Source: Alphaproteobacteria bacterium
Lineage (GTDB): Bacteria; Pseudomonadota; Alphaproteobacteria; UBA8366
Assembly: GCA_021774335.1 (NCBI GenBank)
Contig: JAJFJD010000046.1
Span: 342,109 to 406,108 of the forward strand
Direction of reading: 5' to 3'
DNA: 64,000 nt
Both the position numbers and the translations under genes were made by a program. Under the pieces are notes generated by a model. That model worked only from the letters and a program-made list of their open reading frames with translations, made no database searches and had not been told where the DNA came from. Positions 1 through 8,906 of the stretch are shown here, one piece after another; the stretch's first letter is position 1; each line of letters opens with the position of its first letter.

Positions 1-420
1 CGCATCGGTCTGCGGCATGCGGCCGCCCGTCAACAACCCGAGGCGTACTTTCCAATACCCGAAATTCGGCAGCGATAGGATCACATTGTGGCCGATGCGA
101 ACGAGGTTCTCCAACACCAATCGCGGCCGATGCGTCGCCTGCAGGGTCTGGCTGAGCACGACATAGTCGAACGCACCGTCGGGATAGTCGTCGAGGTCGG
201 TATCGGCATCGCCTTGGATCACCGACAGGCCCTGGCTGACGCATTCGTTCACGCCGGCCATGCTGAGTTCGATGCCGCGGCCATCCACCTGTTTGAATTC
301 GGCGAGATAGCTGAGCAACGCACCGTCGCCGCAACCGATGTCGAGCAAGCGGCTCGATGGCTCGATCATGTCGGCGATCAACTGCAGGTCGACGCGAATC
401 ATGGGCGGGGTGCGGTTCAT
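1..420 (-). CDS. metW: Methionine biosynthesis protein MetW (3' end cut by window edge)
   Basis: Absent from the ORF track because it runs off the window. Hand translation of the minus strand from ATG 420-418 gives MNRTPPMIRVDLQLIADMIEPSSRLLDIGCGDGALLSYL...PNFGYWKVRLGLL, with the SAM-binding DIGCGDG motif. It starts 13 nt after the metX stop, the classic metX-metW pair. Confidence 0.85.
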   Translation of the reverse strand, partial: MNRTPPMIRVDLQLIADMIEPSSRLLDIGCGDGALLSYLAEFKQVDGRGIELSMAGVNECVSQGLSVIQGDADTDLDDYPDGAFDYVVLSQTLQATHRPRLVLENLVRIGHNVILSLPNFGYWKVRLGLLTGGRMPQTDA

Positions 421-433
421 CGATCCGTCCATG

Positions 434-1561
434 TCACGATCGCCCAAGGCCGTGATGCTCGGCACAGCCGTTGATGAAACCGGTCAACACTTTGTGGAAC
501 TCCGGCACGTCGAGCAGGAAGGCGTCATGCCCCTGGTCGCTTTCGATCTCAACGAAACTGACATTGGCGGCGACCGCGTTCAGCGCGTGCACCACCGCAC
601 GATTCTCCGACGTCGGGAACAGCCAGTCGCTGGTAAAAGAGATGATGCAGAACCGGGTTTCGGTGCCTTCGAATGCCAGGGGCAGCGATCCGCCATGCTC
701 GGCCGCCAGGTCGAAGTAATCCATCGCCCGGGTGATGTAGAGATAGGAATTGGCGTCGAACCGATCGACGAAAGTCGAGCCTTGATGGCGCAGGTAGCTT
801 TCCACCTGGAAATCCGCGTCGAAGCCGAAACTCGGCATGTCGCGGTCCTGCAGGTTGCGGCCGAACTTTTGATGCAGCGCCGGCTCGGACAAATAGGTGA
901 TATGCGCCGTCATCCGCGCAACGCTTAGCCCCCTTTTGGGCGAGACACCGTGGCTGGCATAATCGCCGCCGTGCCAGTCCGGATCGGCCATAATGGCCTG
1001 CCGGCCGACCTCATGAAACGCGATATTCTGCGCGGTATGGCGCGCCGCGCCGGCAATCGGAATGGCTGAGAATACCCGGTCCTTGTACCGGGACGCCCAT
1101 TCCAGCACCTGCATCGCGCCCATCGACCCGCCGATCACACAGAAAAGCTGATCGATGCCCAGATGATCGATCAGCATCACTTGCGCCCGCACCATGTCGG
1201 CGATGGTGATGACGGGAAAATCCAGCGCATAGGGCTTGGCGGTTTCGGGATTGATCTCCGTCGGCCCGAGCGTGCCGAGGCAGCCGCCCAGCACATTTGC
1301 ACAAATTACGAAATATCGATTTGTATCCAACGCCTTGCCGGGACCGACGATATCCTCCCACCAGCCGGGTTTGCCGGTGATGGGGTGCGTGTCAGCGACA
1401 TACTGATCCATCGTCAGCGCATGGCAGACCAGCACCGCGTTGCTGCGTTCGGCGTTCAGCGTCCCATAGGTGCAATAGGCCATGGGCACCGGACCGAGCT
1501 CAACGCCGCAGTCAAGAGTCAGCTTTGCGTCCACGCCAAGCTGCACCCGATGACCGGGCAA
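434..1561 (-). CDS. metX: Homoserine O-acetyltransferase MetX
   Basis: 375-aa ORF of alpha/beta-hydrolase type. It has the [12 protein letters not shown] nucleophile elbow and MetX-typical AYCTYGTLN and VLVCHALT segments. The start is uncertain: the track start is TTG at 1561 and an in-frame GTG lies a few codons in. Confidence 0.92.
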   Translation of the reverse strand: MPGHRVQLGVDAKLTLDCGVELGPVPMAYCTYGTLNAERSNAVLVCHALTMDQYVADTHPITGKPGWWEDIVGPGKALDTNRYFVICANVLGGCLGTLGPTEINPETAKPYALDFPVITIADMVRAQVMLIDHLGIDQLFCVIGGSMGAMQVLEWASRYKDRVFSAIPIAGAARHTAQNIAFHEVGRQAIMADPDWHGGDYASHGVSPKRGLSVARMTAHITYLSEPALHQKFGRNLQDRDMPSFGFDADFQVESYLRHQGSTFVDRFDANSYLYITRAMDYFDLAAEHGGSLPLAFEGTETRFCIISFTSDWLFPTSENRAVVHALNAVAANVSFVEIESDQGHDAFLLDVPEFHKVLTGFINGCAEHHGLGRS

Positions 1562-1754
1562 TTTTGCGTCCGGTTGGCTCGGTTTGTTCAGCGGCGGCGT
1601 TTCGGCCGATTTTACACGCTCAGAAATCGGACCACCCTCACAGGTCGGTTTGGGCGCGATACTTTTGGTCCGATGCCTGCCAGTGTCAATGTTTTCTTTG
1701 ATTTATGGTACATCTCGCACTACTAGTTATCGGCTTTTTAGACAGGTGGGCACG

Positions 1755-2621
1755 ATGAACGAAAGCGGAACCTCGCTGCAGGATCTTCGAAACGAAATCG
1801 ACGCGATCGACGCGGAAATGCATGGCCTAATCATGCGCCGGGCCGCCCTCGTCGAGCGAATTCGCATGGTCAAGGCGCGGGACTCCGTCACCACGGTGCG
1901 TCCGGGCCGCGAAGCGGACATTATGCGGGCCCTGGCCGCGCGACACGACAGTAACTTCCCCTTTCCAGCGATCGCCCGGATTTGGCGCGAAATCATCGCC
2001 AATATCACGCGGATGGAGATGCCGGAGTATGCCGTTGCCGTCTATCCCGGCGCAGAAACACCTGGCTGCTGGGATCTGGCACGCGACCAGTTCGGCAGCG
2101 CGACGCCGATGACCGCCTTCGGCAGCGCCCGCGAAGTACTGGGCGAGGTATCGGCCAAGAACGCCGCGGTCGGGGTCCTGCCGTGCCCGCGGGAGGGCGA
2201 TAACGACCCTTGGTGGATCAACCTGGCAGTCCAGGATGGATTGCGTGTCTCCTATCGCTTGCCGTTCAGCCCGCGCATCGCCGCACAGGGCGGGGAAAAC
2301 CGTCTCGAAGCCTTCGCCGTGGGCCGGATCGTCCTGGAAGAAAGTGCGAACGATCGCAGCTTGATCGTGATCGAGACCGGCGAAGCGTTGAGCCGGGCCG
2401 GCCTGTCGACGCTGTTGGATAAAGCCCAGATTACCGGCCAACCGATCGCATCGCATAACGGCGGCGGATGGTATTACCTGATCGAGGCAGATGGGTTTTT
2501 CGCCAACGACGACCCGCGATTGGAGGAACTGGCGAAACTGGCGGCCGTGGCCCGATGCATCGTGGTCGGCGCCTACGCGACCCCGCTCGACGAAACCGAA
2601 ATTTCCAAGGCCGCGTCATGA
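1755..2621 (+). CDS. Chorismate mutase family protein (N-terminal CM type II domain)
   Basis: The ATG at 1755 (MNESGTSLQDLRNEIDAIDAEMHGLIMRRAALVERI) matches the AroQ-type chorismate mutase helix. The track ORF 5' extension from 1584 has no homology. The stop overlaps the hisC start (ATGA). Confidence 0.75.
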   Translation: MNESGTSLQDLRNEIDAIDAEMHGLIMRRAALVERIRMVKARDSVTTVRPGREADIMRALAARHDSNFPFPAIARIWREIIANITRMEMPEYAVAVYPGAETPGCWDLARDQFGSATPMTAFGSAREVLGEVSAKNAAVGVLPCPREGDNDPWWINLAVQDGLRVSYRLPFSPRIAAQGGENRLEAFAVGRIVLEESANDRSLIVIETGEALSRAGLSTLLDKAQITGQPIASHNGGGWYYLIEADGFFANDDPRLEELAKLAAVARCIVVGAYATPLDETEISKAAS

Positions 2622-3706
2622 CCACGCCCACGCCCCGCCCCGGAGTCCTGGATATCGAACCCTATGTCGGCGGTCTGCACAGCGTCGACGGCGTGGAACG
2701 GGTGATCGTGCTCGCGTCGAACGAGACGCCGCTCGGACCGAGCCCAAAGGCCATCGCGGCTTATGAGGCGGATTCCCGCAAACTCCACCGCTATCCGGAC
2801 GGGCACGCCTCCGACCTGCGCGCCGCCATCGGCCAGCGCTTCGGCTGTGACGCCACCCGCATCGTGTGCGGCGCCGGCTCGGACGAAGTGCTGCAGATCC
2901 TGATGCGCGCCTATGCCGGCCCCGGCGACGAAGTGCTGTACAGCCGGCACGGCTTTTCGATCTATCCGATTTTCGCCCGCGGCGTCGGCGCGACACCGGT
3001 CGCGGCACCGGAAAAGGTGCTGACCGCGGATGTCGACGCGCTGCTATCCAAGGTGACCGACCGGACACGCCTGGTCTTCCTGGCCAATCCGAACAATCCG
3101 ACCGGCAGCTACCTGCCCGTCGACGAATTGCAGCGGCTGCGCGACGGTCTGCGCGACGACATCCTGCTGGTCATCGATTCCGCCTATGCGGAATACGTCA
3201 CGCGGAACGACTACACCGCGGGCAATGACTTCGTCGACCGGCATGACAATGTCGTCATGACCCGCACCTTTTCGAAGATCTTCGGCCTCGCCGCTCTGCG
3301 CCTGGGATGGGCCTATTGCCCCGGCGAGATCGCCGACGTGCTGAACCGGCTGCGCGGCCCGTTCAACGTCAACGCTGCAGCCCAGGTCGCCGGCATCGCC
3401 GCGATCGAGGACACCCAGCACACGGATGCCAGCCTCCAGCATAACGACATCTGGCTGCCGTGGCTGACCACGGCACTTGGCGGGCTCGGCTTGACCGCGC
3501 ATCCGTCGGTCGGGAATTTCGTGTTGGTGCAGTTCGGCGATATCGCCCAAGCGTCCGACGCCTATCAGTTCCTGCTGCGCAAGGGCATCATCACGCGCAT
3601 GATGGGCAGCTATGACCTGCCGGACTGCCTGCGGATTTCGGTCGGACTCGAGGATGAGATGAAAGCGCTCACCGACGCCCTGGCAGAACACCTGGGGCGG
3701 TCATGA
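2618..3706 (+). CDS. hisC: Histidinol-phosphate / aromatic aminotransferase
   Basis: From ATG 2618 the protein reads MTTPTPRPGVLDIEPYVGG. It has LASNETPLGPSP, NPNNPTG and the PLP-lysine motif TRTFSKIFGLAALRLGW. It overlaps its neighbours by 4 nt on both sides. Confidence 0.9.
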   Translation: MTTPTPRPGVLDIEPYVGGLHSVDGVERVIVLASNETPLGPSPKAIAAYEADSRKLHRYPDGHASDLRAAIGQRFGCDATRIVCGAGSDEVLQILMRAYAGPGDEVLYSRHGFSIYPIFARGVGATPVAAPEKVLTADVDALLSKVTDRTRLVFLANPNNPTGSYLPVDELQRLRDGLRDDILLVIDSAYAEYVTRNDYTAGNDFVDRHDNVVMTRTFSKIFGLAALRLGWAYCPGEIADVLNRLRGPFNVNAAAQVAGIAAIEDTQHTDASLQHNDIWLPWLTTALGGLGLTAHPSVGNFVLVQFGDIAQASDAYQFLLRKGIITRMMGSYDLPDCLRISVGLEDEMKALTDALAEHLGRS

Positions 3707-4659
3707 GCGATACTCCGATCTACAATCGGGTTGCTGTGATTGGCCTCGGGCTGATCGGATCGTCGCTCTGCCGGCGCATGAAAAGGGACGGCCTCGCCGC
3801 TCACGTCGCCGGCCACGCCCGCAGCGCCGCGACGCGCGAAACCTCGATGGCCCTCGGCTTTCTCGACAGTGTTCACGAGTCCGCCGCCGACGCGGTCGAC
3901 GATGCGGATCTCGTCGTGCTTTGCGTGCCTGTCGGTGCGAACGCTGCCGTGGCGGAAGCAATAGGGCCGTCGCTCAAATCCGGCGCCACGGTGACGGATG
4001 TCGGCTCGGTAAAGATGGCGGTGATCCGCGACGTCGGCCCGCACCTGCCGGACGGCGTTCATCTGGTGCCCGGCCATCCCGTCGCGGGAACCGAGCATTC
4101 GGGTCCGGAATCGGGCTTTCCCGAGCTGTTCGAGGATCGCTACTGCATCCTGACCCCAGCCGCCGGCACCGATCAGAAAGCCGTAGACCGCGTATCGGAC
4201 CTTTGGCAGCGCGCCGGCAGCAAGGTCGAGCTTCTGGATGCGCATCATCATGACCGCGTCCTCGGCATCACCTCGCATCTGCCGCATCTGATCGCCTATA
4301 CGATCGTGGGGACCGCCAGCGACCTGGAGCACCAGCTTCGCCGCGAGGATACCGAGAACGGCGACCTGATCGAAACGCGGGAAGTCATCAAGTATTCGGC
4401 CGGCGGCTTTCGCGATTTCACCCGGATCGCCGCGTCGGACCCAGTGATGTGGCGCGACATCTTTCTGAACAACCGCGAAGCGGTGCTCGAACTGCTGGGC
4501 CGCTTCGTCGAAGACCTGACCGCCCTGCAACGGTCCATCCGATGGGGCGAGGGCGACGCGCTCGAAGATTTCTTCACCCGCACCCGCGCGGTCCGGCGCG
4601 ACGTCATCGACATGAAACAGGCCGGCTCGTTCAACCCGACGGAGCGGGAGGAAGAATAG
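3703..4659 (+). CDS. tyrC: Prephenate/arogenate (cyclohexadienyl) dehydrogenase
   Basis: It carries the Rossmann motif VAVIGLGLIGSSL and the HPVAGTEHSGP catalytic region. It sits in the operon after chorismate mutase and hisC. Confidence 0.85.
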   Translation: MSDTPIYNRVAVIGLGLIGSSLCRRMKRDGLAAHVAGHARSAATRETSMALGFLDSVHESAADAVDDADLVVLCVPVGANAAVAEAIGPSLKSGATVTDVGSVKMAVIRDVGPHLPDGVHLVPGHPVAGTEHSGPESGFPELFEDRYCILTPAAGTDQKAVDRVSDLWQRAGSKVELLDAHHHDRVLGITSHLPHLIAYTIVGTASDLEHQLRREDTENGDLIETREVIKYSAGGFRDFTRIAASDPVMWRDIFLNNREAVLELLGRFVEDLTALQRSIRWGEGDALEDFFTRTRAVRRDVIDMKQAGSFNPTEREEE

Positions 4660-5698
4660 GCGGCAGCTTCAGCAGCCGGACCGGTCCAAGATAGAGCCGG
4701 CCCTTCTGCGCCGTCAGCGGCACCGTCACGACCCGCCGACCATCGCCGTTCCCGCCTGGCTTCGACAGCAGATCCAGCGCCAGACGCGCCGCCGACGCCT
4801 CCCGCCGACGCAGCTTTCCGTTCTGCTCAAGCGCCGACAGCATCGCGCGGTGCCCGCGGATCTCCGCTGTGAACGCGCCCAGCGGGCGCAACGCGGCATC
4901 CAGTGCCAGCGTACCGTTCGCCGTCATGTCCAGCGCACCCCATCCCAGCGCGATCTGGCGGATGTCGATCGTTCCGCCATCCTGCCGCCACGCATCGAGC
5001 GCATCGCGCTGAAGCTTTCCGGGCGGCTTTCCATTGAGTGTCCCGGAGAGCCGGAATGTCCGAAGATCGGGACCGAGCGGTCCGCTGATCTTCTTCGCCA
5101 ATTGCGTATCCGATGCCTGGACCGTCAGGTCGAACGACGGCGGCCCCGACGAAGCGGTATCGTCCGGCCAACGGAGTTGGGCCTGGACATGCTTGGTCGC
5201 GGACAATTGATCGCCGTCAGGCTGGCTCACCCGCAGGTCCTGAATATCAGCGACCCCTTCGGACATCCGGCCCCTGCTGTTCACACGGCCGATAAACCAC
5301 GCCGAGCCCGTCTCCGCCGCAACTTGCAGCGGCCGCCCCTGCACAATACCGGTCAGTTGGTGCGGTCCCATTGCATCGACGCGATACCGCCGCCAATTCC
5401 AAGGCTGGATCTCGAATAGCGCTCCGGATGACCTTACGGACCATCCATCCTTGGTGGACGCGATGGCTGGCGCGGCGATCTTGAGCCGCACCGCGCCGGG
5501 AAAACCGCCAACATCGAGGGCGCCATGCTCGACGACATAGCCTTTCTGATTGCGCGCATCCCGCCAGCGCAGGAATCCGTCTTCGACCTGACCGGCGACG
5601 TAGAACCAGAACAGCGGATAGCCGACCCCGAGAAGGACGATCAACAGGGACGGGCCCAGAAGGATAGGTCTAAGAAACATGGACATGATGCACGGCAA
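4631..5698 (-). CDS. Membrane-anchored conserved hypothetical protein (DUF2125-like, by recollection)
   Basis: 355-aa ORF with an N-terminal TM segment (FLRPILLGPSLLIVLLGVGYPLFWFYVAG) and GC3-rich codons. It converges on tyrC with a 29-nt overlap. The family assignment is unverified. Confidence 0.6.
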   Translation of the reverse strand: MPCIMSMFLRPILLGPSLLIVLLGVGYPLFWFYVAGQVEDGFLRWRDARNQKGYVVEHGALDVGGFPGAVRLKIAAPAIASTKDGWSVRSSGALFEIQPWNWRRYRVDAMGPHQLTGIVQGRPLQVAAETGSAWFIGRVNSRGRMSEGVADIQDLRVSQPDGDQLSATKHVQAQLRWPDDTASSGPPSFDLTVQASDTQLAKKISGPLGPDLRTFRLSGTLNGKPPGKLQRDALDAWRQDGGTIDIRQIALGWGALDMTANGTLALDAALRPLGAFTAEIRGHRAMLSALEQNGKLRRREASAARLALDLLSKPGGNGDGRRVVTVPLTAQKGRLYLGPVRLLKLPPILPPAPSG

Positions 5699-5770
5699 TA
5701 CTTATAAGTCGCGCGCTTCAGGGTAAAGCACCCAGCAGCATGTCCGGCCATCCAGCGGAAAAGAAACCCG

Positions 5771-6358
5771 GTGCCCATGCCGAATGACAACGCCGACGCC
5801 GTAACGCCTGAAACGCTGCGCAGCCTGCTGCCGGCCAAGGGCGATTTCTGGGTCTTCGGATACGGCTCATTGATGTGGGATCCGGGGTTCGATCATACCG
5901 CCGCCCAGCCCGCGCTGCTGTACGGCTATCACCGCTCCTTCTGCATGTATTCGAAACGGCACCGTGGCACGCCGGCTCGGCCCGGCCTCGTTCTCGCGCT
6001 TGACTGGGGCGGATGCTGCCGCGGGATGGCTTTCCGAGTAGACCGGCGCACCGCCGAACCCGTACTGGACTATCTATGGGACCGGGAAATGGTACGCTAC
6101 GCCTATCTGCCGCGCGCCGTGCATGTCGAGGTGGAGGGAGAGCGCGTTCCCGGCATCACATTCGTCGCGGACCGGCACCACGAAAGCTATGCTGGGCGCC
6201 TTGGGCCGGCAGCGGCAGCGGCCGTTATCCGTGCAGCCCATGGCGGTAGGGGCTCGAACCGGGACTATCTTGTCAGTACTATCCAGCATCTGCGGGTATT
6301 TGGGATCACGGCGGGCCCGATTCACGAATTGTTGCCGCTGGTCGATGCCGCGGGATAA
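5771..6358 (+). CDS. chaC: Gamma-glutamylcyclotransferase, ChaC family
   Basis: It has FWVFGYGSLMWDPGF and YGYHRSFCMYS motifs typical of ChaC glutathione-specific gamma-glutamylcyclotransferases. Confidence 0.85.
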   Translation: MPMPNDNADAVTPETLRSLLPAKGDFWVFGYGSLMWDPGFDHTAAQPALLYGYHRSFCMYSKRHRGTPARPGLVLALDWGGCCRGMAFRVDRRTAEPVLDYLWDREMVRYAYLPRAVHVEVEGERVPGITFVADRHHESYAGRLGPAAAAAVIRAAHGGRGSNRDYLVSTIQHLRVFGITAGPIHELLPLVDAAG

Positions 6359-6400
6359 CACGATGCCGCTATGGCGTTTCTGCGAGGAGAACGGAACGGA

Positions 6401-8899
6401 ATGAGTGCCGTGCGCCGCACCAGAGTTCGCCGGGCGTCCATCGGATTAGTCTTCCGGTTGTTCATGCTCGCGCTGCTGCTCGCGCCGCCGATGGCCTCGT
6501 TGTCGGCTCCTGCAGCGGCCCAGGATACTCAGCCCACGCGCCCCTTCGCGCGCATCCTGGTCGATTGGAACCGCAGCCTCGAACGTGTCGAGCAATATCT
6601 CAAGCAGCCATCTTACTCCGAGGAAAAAACAAAGCAGCTTCGCATCCTGCTGATCCGCCTGCGGCAGGAAGCAGCCGCGACCGAGAAAACGGCGGAAGAG
6701 AGTCTGACCGCTGCCGAGCAACTATTGGCGACACTCGGGGCCGAACCCGCAGACGCCGAGCTGGCGGAACCCGAGTCCGTTCGGCAAAAACGGGCGCAGT
6801 ACAACAAGGACATCAGCGACTACAAAGCGCGGGTGAAACAGGCGCAGCTCGCCCGGGTGAGAGCCGACCAGTTGGATAGCCGGCTGTCGAAGGCGACAAC
6901 GACGCTCCTGGTCGACGACCTGCTGACCCGCATGCCACTGCCCTACATGCCGGGCACCGTCGAGACCGCGATCGAAGACTATTTTCAGCTTGCTTCCGAG
7001 CTCCTGAATGCGCCGCAGACCTGGTGGCGGTCGCTGCCACCTGAGAGCCGGAAATTCGGCGCGCTGATTGTCGGGCTGGCGTTGATCGGGATTACGCTGG
7101 CAACGGGTTTCCTGCTGCGGATATGGATCCTGCGGCGCTTTGGCCGCGACCCCGCAATCGAAGATCCGAGCTATTCACGGCGCTTCTTTTCAGCCTTCAC
7201 CGAATGCCTGGCACGCGGCATCGTTCCGGCACTCCTGTTCACGGCCATTTTGCTGCGTATCCAAAGCGACGACGCCCGCGTCACCGGATTCCTGCTGGTC
7301 GCGCTGTCGGCCTTCTGCGGTGCGATGATCTTCCTTTTCCTGGCGGTCGCCCTGGTACGGGCCGTGCTGGCCCCGAACATGCCGGCATGGCAGCTCACCG
7401 CGTTGAAGCGCCGCAATGCCGTCATCATCGGCCGCCGCGTCATCCTGATTGTCGGGATCATCGCCGCCGACTTCTTCATCCGCGAAAGCGCACTACCGCT
7501 GGGCCTTTCCCAGGCGTTCTGGTCGGTGCAAGGCGCCCTGTTCGGTCTGGTCGAGAATATTCTCATCCTATTGCTGCTGCTGCGCAGCCTGTGGGAACCG
7601 GTTGAGGAAGACGAAACCGCCGGGGAAGCGCCCGCGGTTGCCGGGTCCGAACCGTCGGAAAAGAGGAGCAGCCGCTTTTGGGCGGGATTGCGCATCCTGA
7701 TCGGCATCATCGCCTTCAGCGGGATCGTTGCGTTCCTGGCAGGCTACTCGCGGCTCGGCGACCATATCAACGAAGCCTTGATCACCAGTGCCGCGATTGC
7801 CGCCGTACTGTTTTTGCTGCGCGGCCTGTTACGCGAACTCGTCGGGATTGCGCTGCGGTCGGAGTTGGCCAAGCGGCACCTGGCATTGCCCCACACGACC
7901 CGCAGCACGATGAAGTTCTGGGTCCGCGCGTTGCTGGACGCGGCGCTCATCGTGAGTGGCGCTGTCCTGATGCTAATCGTATGGGGGGTGCCAGCGGATG
8001 ATCTGTCGCGGTTGAGCGGCAAGGCACTGACGGGCTTTGAGATCGGCAGTGTCACGATTTCGATCACCGATATCGTCACATCGCTGGTGGTCTTCGCGCT
8101 CGTCCTCGGTATAACCCGCGTGTTGCAGCGGGCCCTATCCGACCGCGTGTTGCCGGAAACGCATTTGGCCGTCGGCGTGCAGCACTCGCTTGCCGCCGGG
8201 TTCGGTTATGTCGGCATCATTTTGGCCATAACGCTGACCTTATCGACGCTGGGGATCGATCTATCGAATATCGCGCTAATCGCAGGCGCCTTGTCCGTCG
8301 GCATCGGCTTCGGCCTGCAGAATGTCGTGAACAATTTCGTTTCCGGCCTGATCCTGTTGATCGAGCGGCCGATCCAGGTCGGCGATTGGGTGGTGGTCGG
8401 TACGAATGAGGGCCGTGTTAAGCGCATCAGCGTGCGGGCAACCGAAATCGAAACCTTTCAACGCGCATCAGTCATCGTCCCCAACGCGGAACTGCTCTCC
8501 AATTCGGTCACGAACTGGACCCACAAGAACAACCTGGGCCGCGTCGAAATTGCCGTCGGTGTTGCCTACGGCTCGGATACGGAAAAAGTTCGCGACATCT
8601 TGTTGGAATGCGCCAAGGAGTGCGACGAAGTACTCGCGTTCCCCGAACCTTTCGTCCTATTTCTGGATTTCGGCAATAGCAGTCTCGATTTCGAACTGCG
8701 CTGTTTCGTCGGCGACATCATCCGACGGCTGCGCGTTGCGACGGAGATTCGCTACATGATCGACCGCCGCTTCCGCGAGGAAGGCGTCGAAATTCCGTTC
8801 CCGCAGCATGTGGTGCATATGGCGACGGCCGCGAATACCGACCGACCCCGCGACCCTGGTCAAGAACCCGAGCCAAAGCCCGACCCGGAACCGTCCTAA
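6401..8899 (+). CDS. Large mechanosensitive ion channel, MscS family (MscK/KefA-like with N-terminal coiled-coil periplasmic domain)
   Basis: It has a signal-like N-terminus (start preferred at ATG 6401 after GAGGAG), a long coiled-coil region, and multiple TM helices. The C-terminal MscS core reads GFGLQNVVNNFVSGLILLIERPIQVGDWV. Confidence 0.85.
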   Translation: MSAVRRTRVRRASIGLVFRLFMLALLLAPPMASLSAPAAAQDTQPTRPFARILVDWNRSLERVEQYLKQPSYSEEKTKQLRILLIRLRQEAAATEKTAEESLTAAEQLLATLGAEPADAELAEPESVRQKRAQYNKDISDYKARVKQAQLARVRADQLDSRLSKATTTLLVDDLLTRMPLPYMPGTVETAIEDYFQLASELLNAPQTWWRSLPPESRKFGALIVGLALIGITLATGFLLRIWILRRFGRDPAIEDPSYSRRFFSAFTECLARGIVPALLFTAILLRIQSDDARVTGFLLVALSAFCGAMIFLFLAVALVRAVLAPNMPAWQLTALKRRNAVIIGRRVILIVGIIAADFFIRESALPLGLSQAFWSVQGALFGLVENILILLLLLRSLWEPVEEDETAGEAPAVAGSEPSEKRSSRFWAGLRILIGIIAFSGIVAFLAGYSRLGDHINEALITSAAIAAVLFLLRGLLRELVGIALRSELAKRHLALPHTTRSTMKFWVRALLDAALIVSGAVLMLIVWGVPADDLSRLSGKALTGFEIGSVTISITDIVTSLVVFALVLGITRVLQRALSDRVLPETHLAVGVQHSLAAGFGYVGIILAITLTLSTLGIDLSNIALIAGALSVGIGFGLQNVVNNFVSGLILLIERPIQVGDWVVVGTNEGRVKRISVRATEIETFQRASVIVPNAELLSNSVTNWTHKNNLGRVEIAVGVAYGSDTEKVRDILLECAKECDEVLAFPEPFVLFLDFGNSSLDFELRCFVGDIIRRLRVATEIRYMIDRRFREEGVEIPFPQHVVHMATAANTDRPRDPGQEPEPKPDPEPS

Positions 8900-8906
8900 C
8901 CGCCGC

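Noticed and set aside
1562-1754. Possible SAM-II (metX/metA leader) riboswitch upstream of metX; a hairpin CCGATTT...AAATCGG is present
   Set aside because: I could not match the conserved SAM-II elements as I remember them (CGAUUU...GCUU...UUGC...AAAGC pseudoknot). There is a CGATTT but no partner GCTT/AAAGC pairing. A cmsearch with RF00521 would settle it; I make no call.
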